From: Acidobacteriota bacterium
Lineage (GTDB): Bacteria > Acidobacteriota > Polarisedimenticolia > Polarisedimenticolales > JAIQFR01
DNA length: 64,000 nucleotides
Assembly: GCA_041494445.1 (NCBI GenBank)
Contig: JBGQAU010000002.1
Coordinates: 16,793-80,792 of the forward strand
Reading direction: 5' to 3'
The position numbers and the translations under genes are program-made. The notes under the pieces are model-generated. The model was given only the letters and a program-made list of their open reading frames with translations. It ran no database searches and had not been told where the DNA came from. Shown piece after piece: positions 15,200 through 23,047 of this stretch (position 1 is its first letter; each line of letters starts with the position of its first letter).

Positions 15200-16270
15200 G
15201 TGAGCACGCTCGGTGGGAAAGGCGGGGGCAGGAGAAGGACCGCGGTCCTGCTCGGCCTCGTCTCGCTGCTCTCGGGATGCGTCTCGAGGTGGACGCTCCG
15301 CACGGAGCAGCCGGCCCTCGCCCTCCAGTGGCCGTACCAGCCGATGAAGGCGAAGCTCACCTACCTCCGGTCGTTGACCGGTTTCGCGAAGCAGCAGGGC
15401 GCCGCCTCGACGTTCAAGGCCTTCGTCTACGGGGGCGAGAGCGAGGACCGGAACGCCTTCGTCCTGCCGGTGGCGGTGGCGACCGGGGCCGACGGTCGCA
15501 TCGCGGTCGCCGACATGGGGCGCAGGTGCGTTCACCTCTACGTTCCCGGTGAGCAAACCTACGTCCGGATCGACGGCTCGAAAGGGGAGAAGATCCGGTC
15601 GCCCGTCGCGGTCGTCTTCGACGACGAGCTGAGGCTCTACCTCTCCGACTCGGCGGGGAAGGTATTCGCGTTCGGCCGGCAGGGCGAGTTCCTCTTCACG
15701 CTGGAGAAGGCCGGCGAGGAAGTCCTCCGGCGGCCGACCGGTCTCGCGTACAGCCCCGGCCGAAAGCTGCTCTACGTCGTGGACACCCTCGCGAACAGGG
15801 TCCACGCCTTCAGCAAGAGCGGGGAAGTCGTCTTCTCCTTCGGCCGGCGAGGGGAGGAGGCGGGCAGCTTCAACTTCCCGACGCACATCTTCCGGTCCTC
15901 CGCGGGAGATCTCTACATCACGAACTCGCTCGACTTCCGGATCGAGATCTTCGACGAGACGGGAAAGCACCTCGGGTCCTTTGGCCATCACGGCGACGGC
16001 TCCGGGGACCTGGCGATGCCCAAGGGGCTGGCCGTGGACAAGGACGGCGTGGTCTACGTCGCCGACAGCATCTTCGACAACGTGCAGCTCTTCAACCGGC
16101 GAGGGGATTTTCTCCTGACTCTCGGCAGTAGAGGCGCGGACTTCGGCGAGTTCTGGCTCCCCTCCGGAGTCTTCATCAGTGAAAACGACGAACTGTACGT
16201 CTGTGACACCTACAATCGGCGCATACAGGTGTTTCGGATCACGGAGCGGTATGCTGAAGAATCGTCCTGA
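15200..16270 (+). CDS. NHL-repeat beta-propeller lipoprotein 2 (paralogue of 11417..12553)
   Basis: Lipobox LLSGC. NHL blades include PVAVATGADGRIAVAD, PTGLAYSPGRKLLYVVD, PKGLAVDKDGVVYVAD and LPSGVFISENDELYVCD. Confidence 0.85.
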   Translation: MSTLGGKGGGRRRTAVLLGLVSLLSGCVSRWTLRTEQPALALQWPYQPMKAKLTYLRSLTGFAKQQGAASTFKAFVYGGESEDRNAFVLPVAVATGADGRIAVADMGRRCVHLYVPGEQTYVRIDGSKGEKIRSPVAVVFDDELRLYLSDSAGKVFAFGRQGEFLFTLEKAGEEVLRRPTGLAYSPGRKLLYVVDTLANRVHAFSKSGEVVFSFGRRGEEAGSFNFPTHIFRSSAGDLYITNSLDFRIEIFDETGKHLGSFGHHGDGSGDLAMPKGLAVDKDGVVYVADSIFDNVQLFNRRGDFLLTLGSRGADFGEFWLPSGVFISENDELYVCDTYNRRIQVFRITERYAEESS

Positions 16271-18107
16271 TCCCGGCCCGCCCCGCTGGCGGGTCCTGGT
16301 CGGCGCCCTATGTCTGCTCGGCTCCGGGCTCGGGCCCGGCCCCTCGGCGCAGACGGCGGCGAACATCGCCAACACGAAGCACGACCTCTCGGTGTCGGGC
16401 GCGGGACCGATCCGGTCGCTGACGGAGACCCGGGTCTGCGTCTTCTGCCACACGCCCCACAACGGAATGCCGCTCTCGCCGCTCTGGAACAAGGAGCTCG
16501 AGCCGCAGGTCTACCAGGTTTACACGAGCCCGACTCTCAGGGCGGGCCCGCTTCCCCAGCCCACCGGCCCGACGAAACTGTGCCTGAGCTGCCATGACGG
16601 CACGATCGCCATGGGAGCGGTCCTCAATCCTGCCGGGGGAATCCTCATGGCGGGCGGCGACACGCTGCCCCCGGGGAGCCTCTCCGATTTCGGCCTCGAC
16701 CTGTCGGGGCACCACCCGGTCTCGTTCATGTACTCGAATTCGCTGCCCAACGAGGAGCTTCAGCCGTCGCCCCCCTCGGATCTCGTCTTCGGCGGCACGG
16801 ACGAGGTCCACTGCATCACGTGCCACGATCCGCACAGCGACGTTTACGGCAAGTTCCTGGCGAAGGACAATCGCTACTCGGCGCTCTGCACCAGCTGCCA
16901 CCTGATCGCGGGGTGGAGCGGGTCGGCCCACGCCACCTCGACGGCATCGGTGGCCGGCATCCTGCCCCGGCCCCCCAAGACGTGGCCGACGTGGACGCAG
17001 CTGAACGAGTGGGGGTGTGAGACGTGCCACACGCCCCATTTCGCCCCGACCGCGCAAGGCCTGCTGAATTTCACCGCCTTGCCGCCGTCCCCGTTCTCCT
17101 GCACCTCCGACGGATGTCACGTGTCGCAGCCGCCCTCGCCTCACGCCCTGACCGCCTCGGACGTCGGGGTGCCTGGCAGGACGGGGGTTCGCTCCGTGGC
17201 CGGGCGGGTGGACATCGGCGGTCAGACGCGGAAGATCTCCGCGCACCACGAGGATCCCGGCATGAACCCGTCGGGGCTTCGGAGACCGGGACAACCTTCC
17301 CGGCCCGGTGCCGGCGGCGTAGGCTGCTCGGATTGCCACAATCCTCACGTCGCCAACTCCCGGGAAGCCACCGCACCCTATGCCTCAGGCATGCTGCAGG
17401 GGGTGAGCGGCGTCGACAGAAACGGCGCGGATGTCCCCGCGGCGACCTACCAGTACGAGGTCTGCTTCAAGTGCCACGGCGACTACAATCCGGACGTGGA
17501 GTACGTTCCCCGCTTCCTCGGCGGCACGAACACGCGACTGGTGTTCGATCCCGGGAACCCCTCGTTCCACCCGGTCGTGGGCATGGGGAGGAACCCGAAC
17601 GTCCCCAGCATCCCGTCGTCCTTCGAGCCCACCATGAGCCCATCGGACGTGATCTATTGCACGGCCTGTCACGCCGACGACGGGGGAGTCTCGAGCGGGC
17701 CGCACGGGTCGTCCTTCGCGCCGATCCTGAAGGCGCGCTACGAGACCGCGGACAACACGCCGGAGAGCTACGAGAGCTACGCTCTCTGCTACCGCTGCCA
17801 CGACAGGTCCAGCATCCTGAGCGACGTGAGCTTCCGGAAGACGGGGATCCCCACGACGCCTTCGGGCGGAGGCCACAGCGGGCATCTCGCGGCAGGCGCG
17901 CCGTGCTCCGCGTGTCACGACGCGCACGGCGTGTACGAAACCGACGCGACGGGGACGGGATCCCACACGCATCTCATCGACTTCGACAAGCGGATCGTCT
18001 TGCCGAGGGGCGGCGCGTACCCGGTTTACAACGACGCGGGGGCGGGCTCAGGAAGCTGCAATCTCGTCTGTCACGGCAAGGAACACGACAACTGGTCCTA
18101 CCCCTGA
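16251..18107 (+). CDS. multihaem cytochrome c (10 CXXCH plus CX4CH and CX3CH variants)
   Basis: ATG 16251 overlaps the previous gene by 20 nt. Signal peptide. Canonical motifs are CVFCHTPH, CLSCHDG, CITCHDPH, CTSCH, CETCHTPH, CSDCHNPH, CFKCH, CTACH, CYRCH and CSACHDAH. Variants are CTSDGCH and CNLVCH. Confidence 0.85.
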   Translation: MLKNRPDPGPPRWRVLVGALCLLGSGLGPGPSAQTAANIANTKHDLSVSGAGPIRSLTETRVCVFCHTPHNGMPLSPLWNKELEPQVYQVYTSPTLRAGPLPQPTGPTKLCLSCHDGTIAMGAVLNPAGGILMAGGDTLPPGSLSDFGLDLSGHHPVSFMYSNSLPNEELQPSPPSDLVFGGTDEVHCITCHDPHSDVYGKFLAKDNRYSALCTSCHLIAGWSGSAHATSTASVAGILPRPPKTWPTWTQLNEWGCETCHTPHFAPTAQGLLNFTALPPSPFSCTSDGCHVSQPPSPHALTASDVGVPGRTGVRSVAGRVDIGGQTRKISAHHEDPGMNPSGLRRPGQPSRPGAGGVGCSDCHNPHVANSREATAPYASGMLQGVSGVDRNGADVPAATYQYEVCFKCHGDYNPDVEYVPRFLGGTNTRLVFDPGNPSFHPVVGMGRNPNVPSIPSSFEPTMSPSDVIYCTACHADDGGVSSGPHGSSFAPILKARYETADNTPESYESYALCYRCHDRSSILSDVSFRKTGIPTTPSGGGHSGHLAAGAPCSACHDAHGVYETDATGTGSHTHLIDFDKRIVLPRGGAYPVYNDAGAGSGSCNLVCHGKEHDNWSYP

Positions 18108-19438
18108 TCCCTTTGCCGCCCCTCGGCCTTTCCGGCGGGCTTCGGTGCCTCGGGCTTCCGGCCGGGGGTCACTCGATCGTAGTAGGAAGGCCTGTGACAC
18201 CCCGGGGAGCACCCTCCGCCGGTCTCGGTCTTCACGAACTTCAGGGGAAGGCTCCATTTCCCGAACGGGACGGCCTTCGCCATGAGCTTCGGCAGGTCGC
18301 CGCCGTGGATCTCGTGGCACAGCTTGCAGCTTCGCCCCTTCTGCCGGTTGTTCACGTGCAGATAGTGGAGGTTCCTCTCCCCGTCCCTGAAGTTCGTGGC
18401 GAAGGAAGTGTCCGGATACTGAACCAGATCCCGCTTGTGACAGCCGAAGCACAATGCGAACTCCGTGTCGGTGTACGGGACATAGACATCGGCAGGGAAT
18501 TCCTTCACCAGGAGCTTCGGGTACGGGCCGCCGTGGGGGTCGTGGCAGGGAGTGCACCTGCCGTCCTGGATGGGGCCGTGGAGCATCGTCATGCTCTTCG
18601 CAATGACGCCGCCGTGGCAGCCCAGGCAGGTCTCCTTCTCCGGCTTCAGCAGTAGCTTCCCCTGGTCGCTGGCGTGGGGGGAATGGCAGTTGGCGCAGCC
18701 TTTTCCGTCCTTCACGGCGACATGGGCGACCGGGGCCTTCTCGACCTTCCCCGCGATCTCCTCATGGCACTTGAAGCAGACTCGGGCGCCTTCCTCGGAC
18801 AGCAGCTTCGGGTGCGCGGCACCGTGCGGGTCGTGACACGAGGTGCAGCCGCTCGCCATCGCCGGATGCACGTCGGGCTTTTTCAACAGGTCCTGGATGC
18901 CGAGATGGCAGCCGGTGCACACCGCGTCTCCCTCCCTCAGCAGGAGCGCCTTCGTGTCAGATTCATGAGGGGTGTGGCAGGCCGTGCAGTCCCCGGCGGA
19001 GACGGGGCCGTGGAGGAACTTGAAGGCGACCCGGTCCGAATGACAGGACTCGCACAGGTCCTTGAGCGGCTGCGACAGGAGCTTCGGCTGGTCCCCGGCG
19101 TGAGGGTCGTGGCAGGTCGTGCACGATCCTTCCTTCACGGGCTCGTGGACGTGGCTCTTCTTCCCGAACGCGTCATGACAGTCGTCGCAGAGCCCGGGCG
19201 GCGTCTTGGTGAGCTTGAACGTCTTCGTGCCTTTCTGAGGATGCGGCGTCGCCACGGACTCGTGACAACTGTCGCAGGACTCCGTGACGGGGTGGACGAC
19301 CTTGTGCTTGAGCAGCGTCTCGTGGCACGAAGCGGAGACGCACCCTTCCTGGGCCGCGGCGTCGGAGCAGGCGACCCCCAGGCCGACCGTCACGAGCGGG
19401 GTGAGCAGGAGAGTCAAGAGAAGCCGTTTCTTTCCCAT
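18098..19438 (-). CDS. multihaem cytochrome c lipoprotein (13 CXXCH plus 2 variants) built from repeated c7-like units
   Basis: Lipobox LGVAC. Reiterated unit C-x2-CH ... (V/L)H-P ... C-x2-CH-(D/T/S)-PH ... PKLL. Canonical motifs are CDSCH, CDDCH, CTTCH, CESCH, CTACH, CTGCH, CTSCH, CFKCH, CANCH, CLGCH, CTPCH, CFGCH and CKLCH. Variants are CVSASCH and CSPGCH. Confidence 0.9.
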   Translation of the reverse strand: MGKKRLLLTLLLTPLVTVGLGVACSDAAAQEGCVSASCHETLLKHKVVHPVTESCDSCHESVATPHPQKGTKTFKLTKTPPGLCDDCHDAFGKKSHVHEPVKEGSCTTCHDPHAGDQPKLLSQPLKDLCESCHSDRVAFKFLHGPVSAGDCTACHTPHESDTKALLLREGDAVCTGCHLGIQDLLKKPDVHPAMASGCTSCHDPHGAAHPKLLSEEGARVCFKCHEEIAGKVEKAPVAHVAVKDGKGCANCHSPHASDQGKLLLKPEKETCLGCHGGVIAKSMTMLHGPIQDGRCTPCHDPHGGPYPKLLVKEFPADVYVPYTDTEFALCFGCHKRDLVQYPDTSFATNFRDGERNLHYLHVNNRQKGRSCKLCHEIHGGDLPKLMAKAVPFGKWSLPLKFVKTETGGGCSPGCHRPSYYDRVTPGRKPEAPKPAGKAEGRQRDQG

Positions 19439-19567
19439 GAACGTGTGATCCTACCAGAGGGCGGAGCCGTTTCGCAGGCGTCATCGCAACGCCGCGAAAA
19501 TAGCAAGAAGCGTGCCCGCACGGTCCGCGAGCGTGGTAGGCTGACCCGGCCGGGAGGACCATCCGCC

Positions 19568-21016
19568 ATGGCTCCGATTCCCGCCGCCGAGCGGCTCGAC
19601 GACTATCGCTGGCGCATTCCGCGGCAGGGGGCGATGCGGACCGACGGGATCGTCTTCGCCAGCGACCGCCTCATGCGGGACCTCCTGGGAGACCCGGCGC
19701 TCGAACAGGTGGCCAACGTCGCGTGCCTGCCCGGCATCGTCGGCGCTTCCCTGGCCATGCCCGACGCCCATTGGGGATACGGGTTCGCCATCGGAGGAGT
19801 CGCCGCGTTCGACGCGGAGGACGGGATTGTCTCGCCCGGGGGAGTCGGGTACGACATCAACTGCGGGGTGAGGCTGCTCCGATCGAGCCTCGACCGCGAC
19901 GAGGTCCGGCCCCTCATGACGCGGCTCGTCGACGCGCTCTTCGCGGCGGTCCCCACGGGGGTGGGATCGCACCGCAGGGAGGAGGTGCTCACCGAGAGGG
20001 AGGAGCGGGACCTCCTCGTGCGCGGCGCGGCGTGGGCGGTGGAGCGGGGATACGGCTGGTCGTCGGACCTCGAGGCGATCGAGGCCGGAGGCGTGCTGCC
20101 CGGGGCCGACCCGGACGCCGTCTCCGCGCGGGCGATCGAGCGGGGACGCGCGCAGGTGGGGACCGTCGGGAGCGGCAACCACTTCATCGAGGTCGGCTTC
20201 GTGGACGAGGTGTACGACGAGGCGGCCGCGTCGGCGTTCGGGCTCAGGCTCCACGGCGTGACGGTCCTGATCCACTCGGGCTCCCGCGGCCTCGGCTACC
20301 AGGTCTGCGACGACGCGGTGAAGGGCATGGTGAAGGCGGCCGCGAAGTACGGGATCGACCTCCCGGACCGCCAGCTCTGCTGCGCGCCTCTAGGGTCCAA
20401 GGAGGCCAGGGCCTATCTCGCGGCGATGGCGTGCGCGGCGAACTACGCCTTCGCCAACCGCCAGCGCATGGCGCACGGCGTGCGCGAGGCGTTCGAGAAG
20501 ACCTTCGGGGTCGGTCCCAGGGAGCACGGTCTGCACACCGTCTACGATGTCTGCCACAACGTGGCCAAGTTCGAAACGCACGAGGTGCAGGGGACTCCCC
20601 GACGGGTCTGCGTTCACCGGAAAGGGGCCACGCGCGCGTTCCCCGCCGGCCATCCGGACGTTCCGGAGCGATACCGAGGCGTCGGCCAGCCGGTCCTGAT
20701 CCCCGGGGACATGGGGCGCTACTCCTACGTGCTGGCGGGAGCCCCGGGCGCGATGCGCGAGACGTTCGGGAGCACTTGCCACGGAGCGGGCCGGGTCATG
20801 AGCCGGACGGCGGCGAAGCGCGCGGCGCGCGGCCGCTCGCTGCTGAAGGAGTTGGAGGCCCGGGGAGTCTCGATCCGATCCGCCGGGATGGCGACCGTGG
20901 CGGAGGAGATGCCCGAGGCCTACAAGGACGTGTCCGACGTCGTGGACGTCGTCCACGGGGCGGGGCTCTCCACGAAGGTGGCGCGGCTCGTTCCGATGGG
21001 CGTCATCAAGGGGTGA
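19568..21016 (+). CDS. rtcB: RNA 3'-phosphate/2',3'-cyclic phosphate ligase RtcB
   Basis: PDAHWGYGFAIGGV, GYDINCGVR, GSGNHFIE, HSGSRGLG and CHGAGR motifs, with the C-terminal ...PMGVIKG typical of RtcB. Confidence 0.92.
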   Translation: MAPIPAAERLDDYRWRIPRQGAMRTDGIVFASDRLMRDLLGDPALEQVANVACLPGIVGASLAMPDAHWGYGFAIGGVAAFDAEDGIVSPGGVGYDINCGVRLLRSSLDRDEVRPLMTRLVDALFAAVPTGVGSHRREEVLTEREERDLLVRGAAWAVERGYGWSSDLEAIEAGGVLPGADPDAVSARAIERGRAQVGTVGSGNHFIEVGFVDEVYDEAAASAFGLRLHGVTVLIHSGSRGLGYQVCDDAVKGMVKAAAKYGIDLPDRQLCCAPLGSKEARAYLAAMACAANYAFANRQRMAHGVREAFEKTFGVGPREHGLHTVYDVCHNVAKFETHEVQGTPRRVCVHRKGATRAFPAGHPDVPERYRGVGQPVLIPGDMGRYSYVLAGAPGAMRETFGSTCHGAGRVMSRTAAKRAARGRSLLKELEARGVSIRSAGMATVAEEMPEAYKDVSDVVDVVHGAGLSTKVARLVPMGVIKG

Positions 21017-21019
21017 GCG

Positions 21020-21057
21020 GGAAAAGAAAACGGGGCGGCCCCTCAAGGACCGCCCCG
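21020..21057 (-). terminator. candidate intrinsic terminator for the c3 cytochrome gene
   Basis: 8-bp stem CGGGGCGG/CCGCCCCG (21031-21038 / 21050-21057) with an 11-nt loop. On the minus strand it is followed by TTTTCTTTTCC. Confidence 0.45.
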
Positions 21058-21094
21058 GGCGTACCGCAAAGCGGACGTTTCTGTCCTCGGGACG

Positions 21095-21478
21095 CTACGC
21101 CGCCTTGACGTGACAGCTCTTGCAGCTCTTGGGGTCCGGCGCCTTCTTGCCCGCCGTGACGGACTTCTCGTGGCAACCCTTGCAGAGCTTGTGAGCGGCG
21201 TCCATCATCTTCGGCGTCTTGTCCTTGGCTTCCTTGCCGTGGCAAGTGGTGCACGCCTTGGGGGTCTCGCCCTCCTTCAGCCCGTGATGGCAGTCGGCAC
21301 ACTTCACGCCCCGGTCCGCGTGGGCCTTGTGCGGGAAGGTCACCGTCCCCATCTTCGTGTCGAACTTGATCGTCGCCTTGTCGGCCGGGATGTCCGCGGC
21401 CATCACGCACATGCTGACCAGGAACAACCCGGCTACCAGAAGCGCCACTCTCCTCACGATCGAGCCTCCTTTTCGCAC
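21095..21478 (-). CDS. tetrahaem cytochrome c3 (class III) family, periplasmic
   Basis: Signal peptide. TFPHKAH plus CADCHH, CTTCHG, CKGCHE and CKSCHV in about 100 mature residues. Confidence 0.85.
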   Translation of the reverse strand: MRKGGSIVRRVALLVAGLFLVSMCVMAADIPADKATIKFDTKMGTVTFPHKAHADRGVKCADCHHGLKEGETPKACTTCHGKEAKDKTPKMMDAAHKLCKGCHEKSVTAGKKAPDPKSCKSCHVKAA

Positions 21479-21894
21479 CCGCGGGTGCCCTGCGCGGCAC
21501 TCGCCGTTTATGGGTCGAACCGCCTTCGCGCCTCACGCGCGCCACATGTCCCGGCGTTCTCGGGAACGGCGTCACGAATAGCGGCAACACAGCACCAACC
21601 CGCTCCTTATACCACAACCCGACATCGATCCCGACGCCCCGATTTCGGCCCATGCCGCATCGGGCGAGAGCGTCTCCCTCTCCGGATGCGAACGTCGTGC
21701 CGATGCGGTGCCGGCGCCTCCCGCCCCGCTTCCGCCGTGCATTCCGTCCCATTTTGGCCCATTTCTGCGGGATATCGCCCAGGTGTCGCGTCACGGTCCG
21801 CACGAGGGCCCGGATCCCAGCGGCCCGACGCCTGGAGCGTTGCCGTAACATGTTGAACGATGGGTGGTTACATCGCCGATCTCGGATGGCCGAG

Positions 21895-21917
21895 CTCTTG
21901 CAAAAAGCGCGCAAGAG
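21895..21917 (+). promoter_or_regulatory. hairpin overlapping the putative ribosome-binding site of the response regulator gene
   Basis: CTCTTGC (21895-21901) pairs with GCAAGAG (21911-21917) across a 9-nt loop. The SD-like AGAGGG (21914-21919) lies in the 3' arm, 6 nt before ATG 21926. Confidence 0.3.
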
Positions 21918-21925
21918 GGCGATTC

Positions 21926-22324
21926 ATGAGCGAGCGAAGCCATCCGCACCCGAGAATCCTCGCGGTCGACGACGAATCGCTCATCCGCATGAGCCTCAGA
22001 ATCGCGCTGGCTCGGGAAGGCTACCTGGTGGACACCGCGTCCTGCGGCGTCGAGGCGATGGCGCTGCTCGACCGACACCGATACGACCTGGTGCTGCTCG
22101 ACCTCCGTCTCCCCGACGTGAGCGGGATCGAGGTCCTGCGCTACGCGCGCCGCCACGACCCGGAAGTCAAGGTGTTGCTGGTGACCGCGTCCACCAACGC
22201 GCCCACCGCTCTGGAGGCGGCGCAGGAGGGGGCGGCCGGAGTGGTCTCGAAGCCGTTCACGCTCCAGGCTATCGCGGCGGAGACGCGGCGCGTCATCGCG
22301 GGACCATCCCGGACCGGCGGCTGA
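21926..22324 (+). CDS. single-domain CheY-like response regulator (receiver only)
   Basis: ILAVDDE, DLVLLDLRLPD (phospho-Asp context), LLVTAS and SKPF motifs. No output domain. Confidence 0.85.
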   Translation: MSERSHPHPRILAVDDESLIRMSLRIALAREGYLVDTASCGVEAMALLDRHRYDLVLLDLRLPDVSGIEVLRYARRHDPEVKVLLVTASTNAPTALEAAQEGAAGVVSKPFTLQAIAAETRRVIAGPSRTGG

Positions 22325-22938
22325 TGGTGGTACGATGGGGCCCGCCGCGGAAGCGGCCGGGAGGCCCCATCGTGAGCTACAGCGCCCGGGACATCATGAT
22401 CAGGGAAGTGATCTGCGTCCAGCAGGACATGGACCTCCGCGACCTCGCCCGACTCTTCCTCGAGAAGGGGATCACCGGCGCTCCGGTTTTGGACCAAGAG
22501 GGCAACCTCGCCGGCGTGATCTCGCAGACCGACCTTCTCTACTACCAGCTCGCCCGGGGCGACGAGCTGATCCTCGAGTCGGACTTTTATCAGAGCGTCA
22601 AGGTGGAGGGGCGGCACCTGCCGGCGGGGTTCCAGGTGGAGGACGTCAACGTCCAGCGCGTCGCGGACGTCATGACCCCGGTGGTGCACTCCGTGCTGGA
22701 GACCAGCGACGTGGACGCCGTGGCGCGCATGATGACCCGCAAGCACATCCACCGGGTCATCGTCCGTAGGGGCCGCAAGGTGGCCGGAATCATCACCGCC
22801 CTGGACGTGCTGAGGATGTACGGCCGCGCGGTCGCCGCCGGGCGCGCGGTTGCGCGAGGCAAGGCGCGGGCGACGCCGCCCGCGGCGGCCGCGCGCGCGG
22901 GGCGGGGAAAGAAGCGGGCCACGAAGAGCAGGCGCTGA
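22324..22938 (+). CDS. CBS-domain pair protein with basic C-terminal tail
   Basis: Two CBS-like units ([12 protein letters not shown]...GITGAPVLD and [12 protein letters not shown]...HIHRVIVR). ATG 22324 overlaps the upstream stop. Alternative GTG start at 22372. Confidence 0.8.
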   Translation: MVVRWGPPRKRPGGPIVSYSARDIMIREVICVQQDMDLRDLARLFLEKGITGAPVLDQEGNLAGVISQTDLLYYQLARGDELILESDFYQSVKVEGRHLPAGFQVEDVNVQRVADVMTPVVHSVLETSDVDAVARMMTRKHIHRVIVRRGRKVAGIITALDVLRMYGRAVAAGRAVARGKARATPPAAAARAGRGKKRATKSRR

Positions 22939-23047
22939 GCGGTTCCGGCACGGGGACCTCGGATCCGAGACACGGAAGAGCCTGACGACCGGACGCGGAG
23001 CCGCCGCGTCCCGCCGGAAGGCCGGGCAAGAGAAAAGGACGGCAGCC

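Noticed and set aside
21755-21768. Sigma54-like TGGCCC-N-TGC upstream of the response regulator
   Set aside because: GG and GC are separated by 9 nt instead of the required 10. No enhancer-binding protein gene is nearby.
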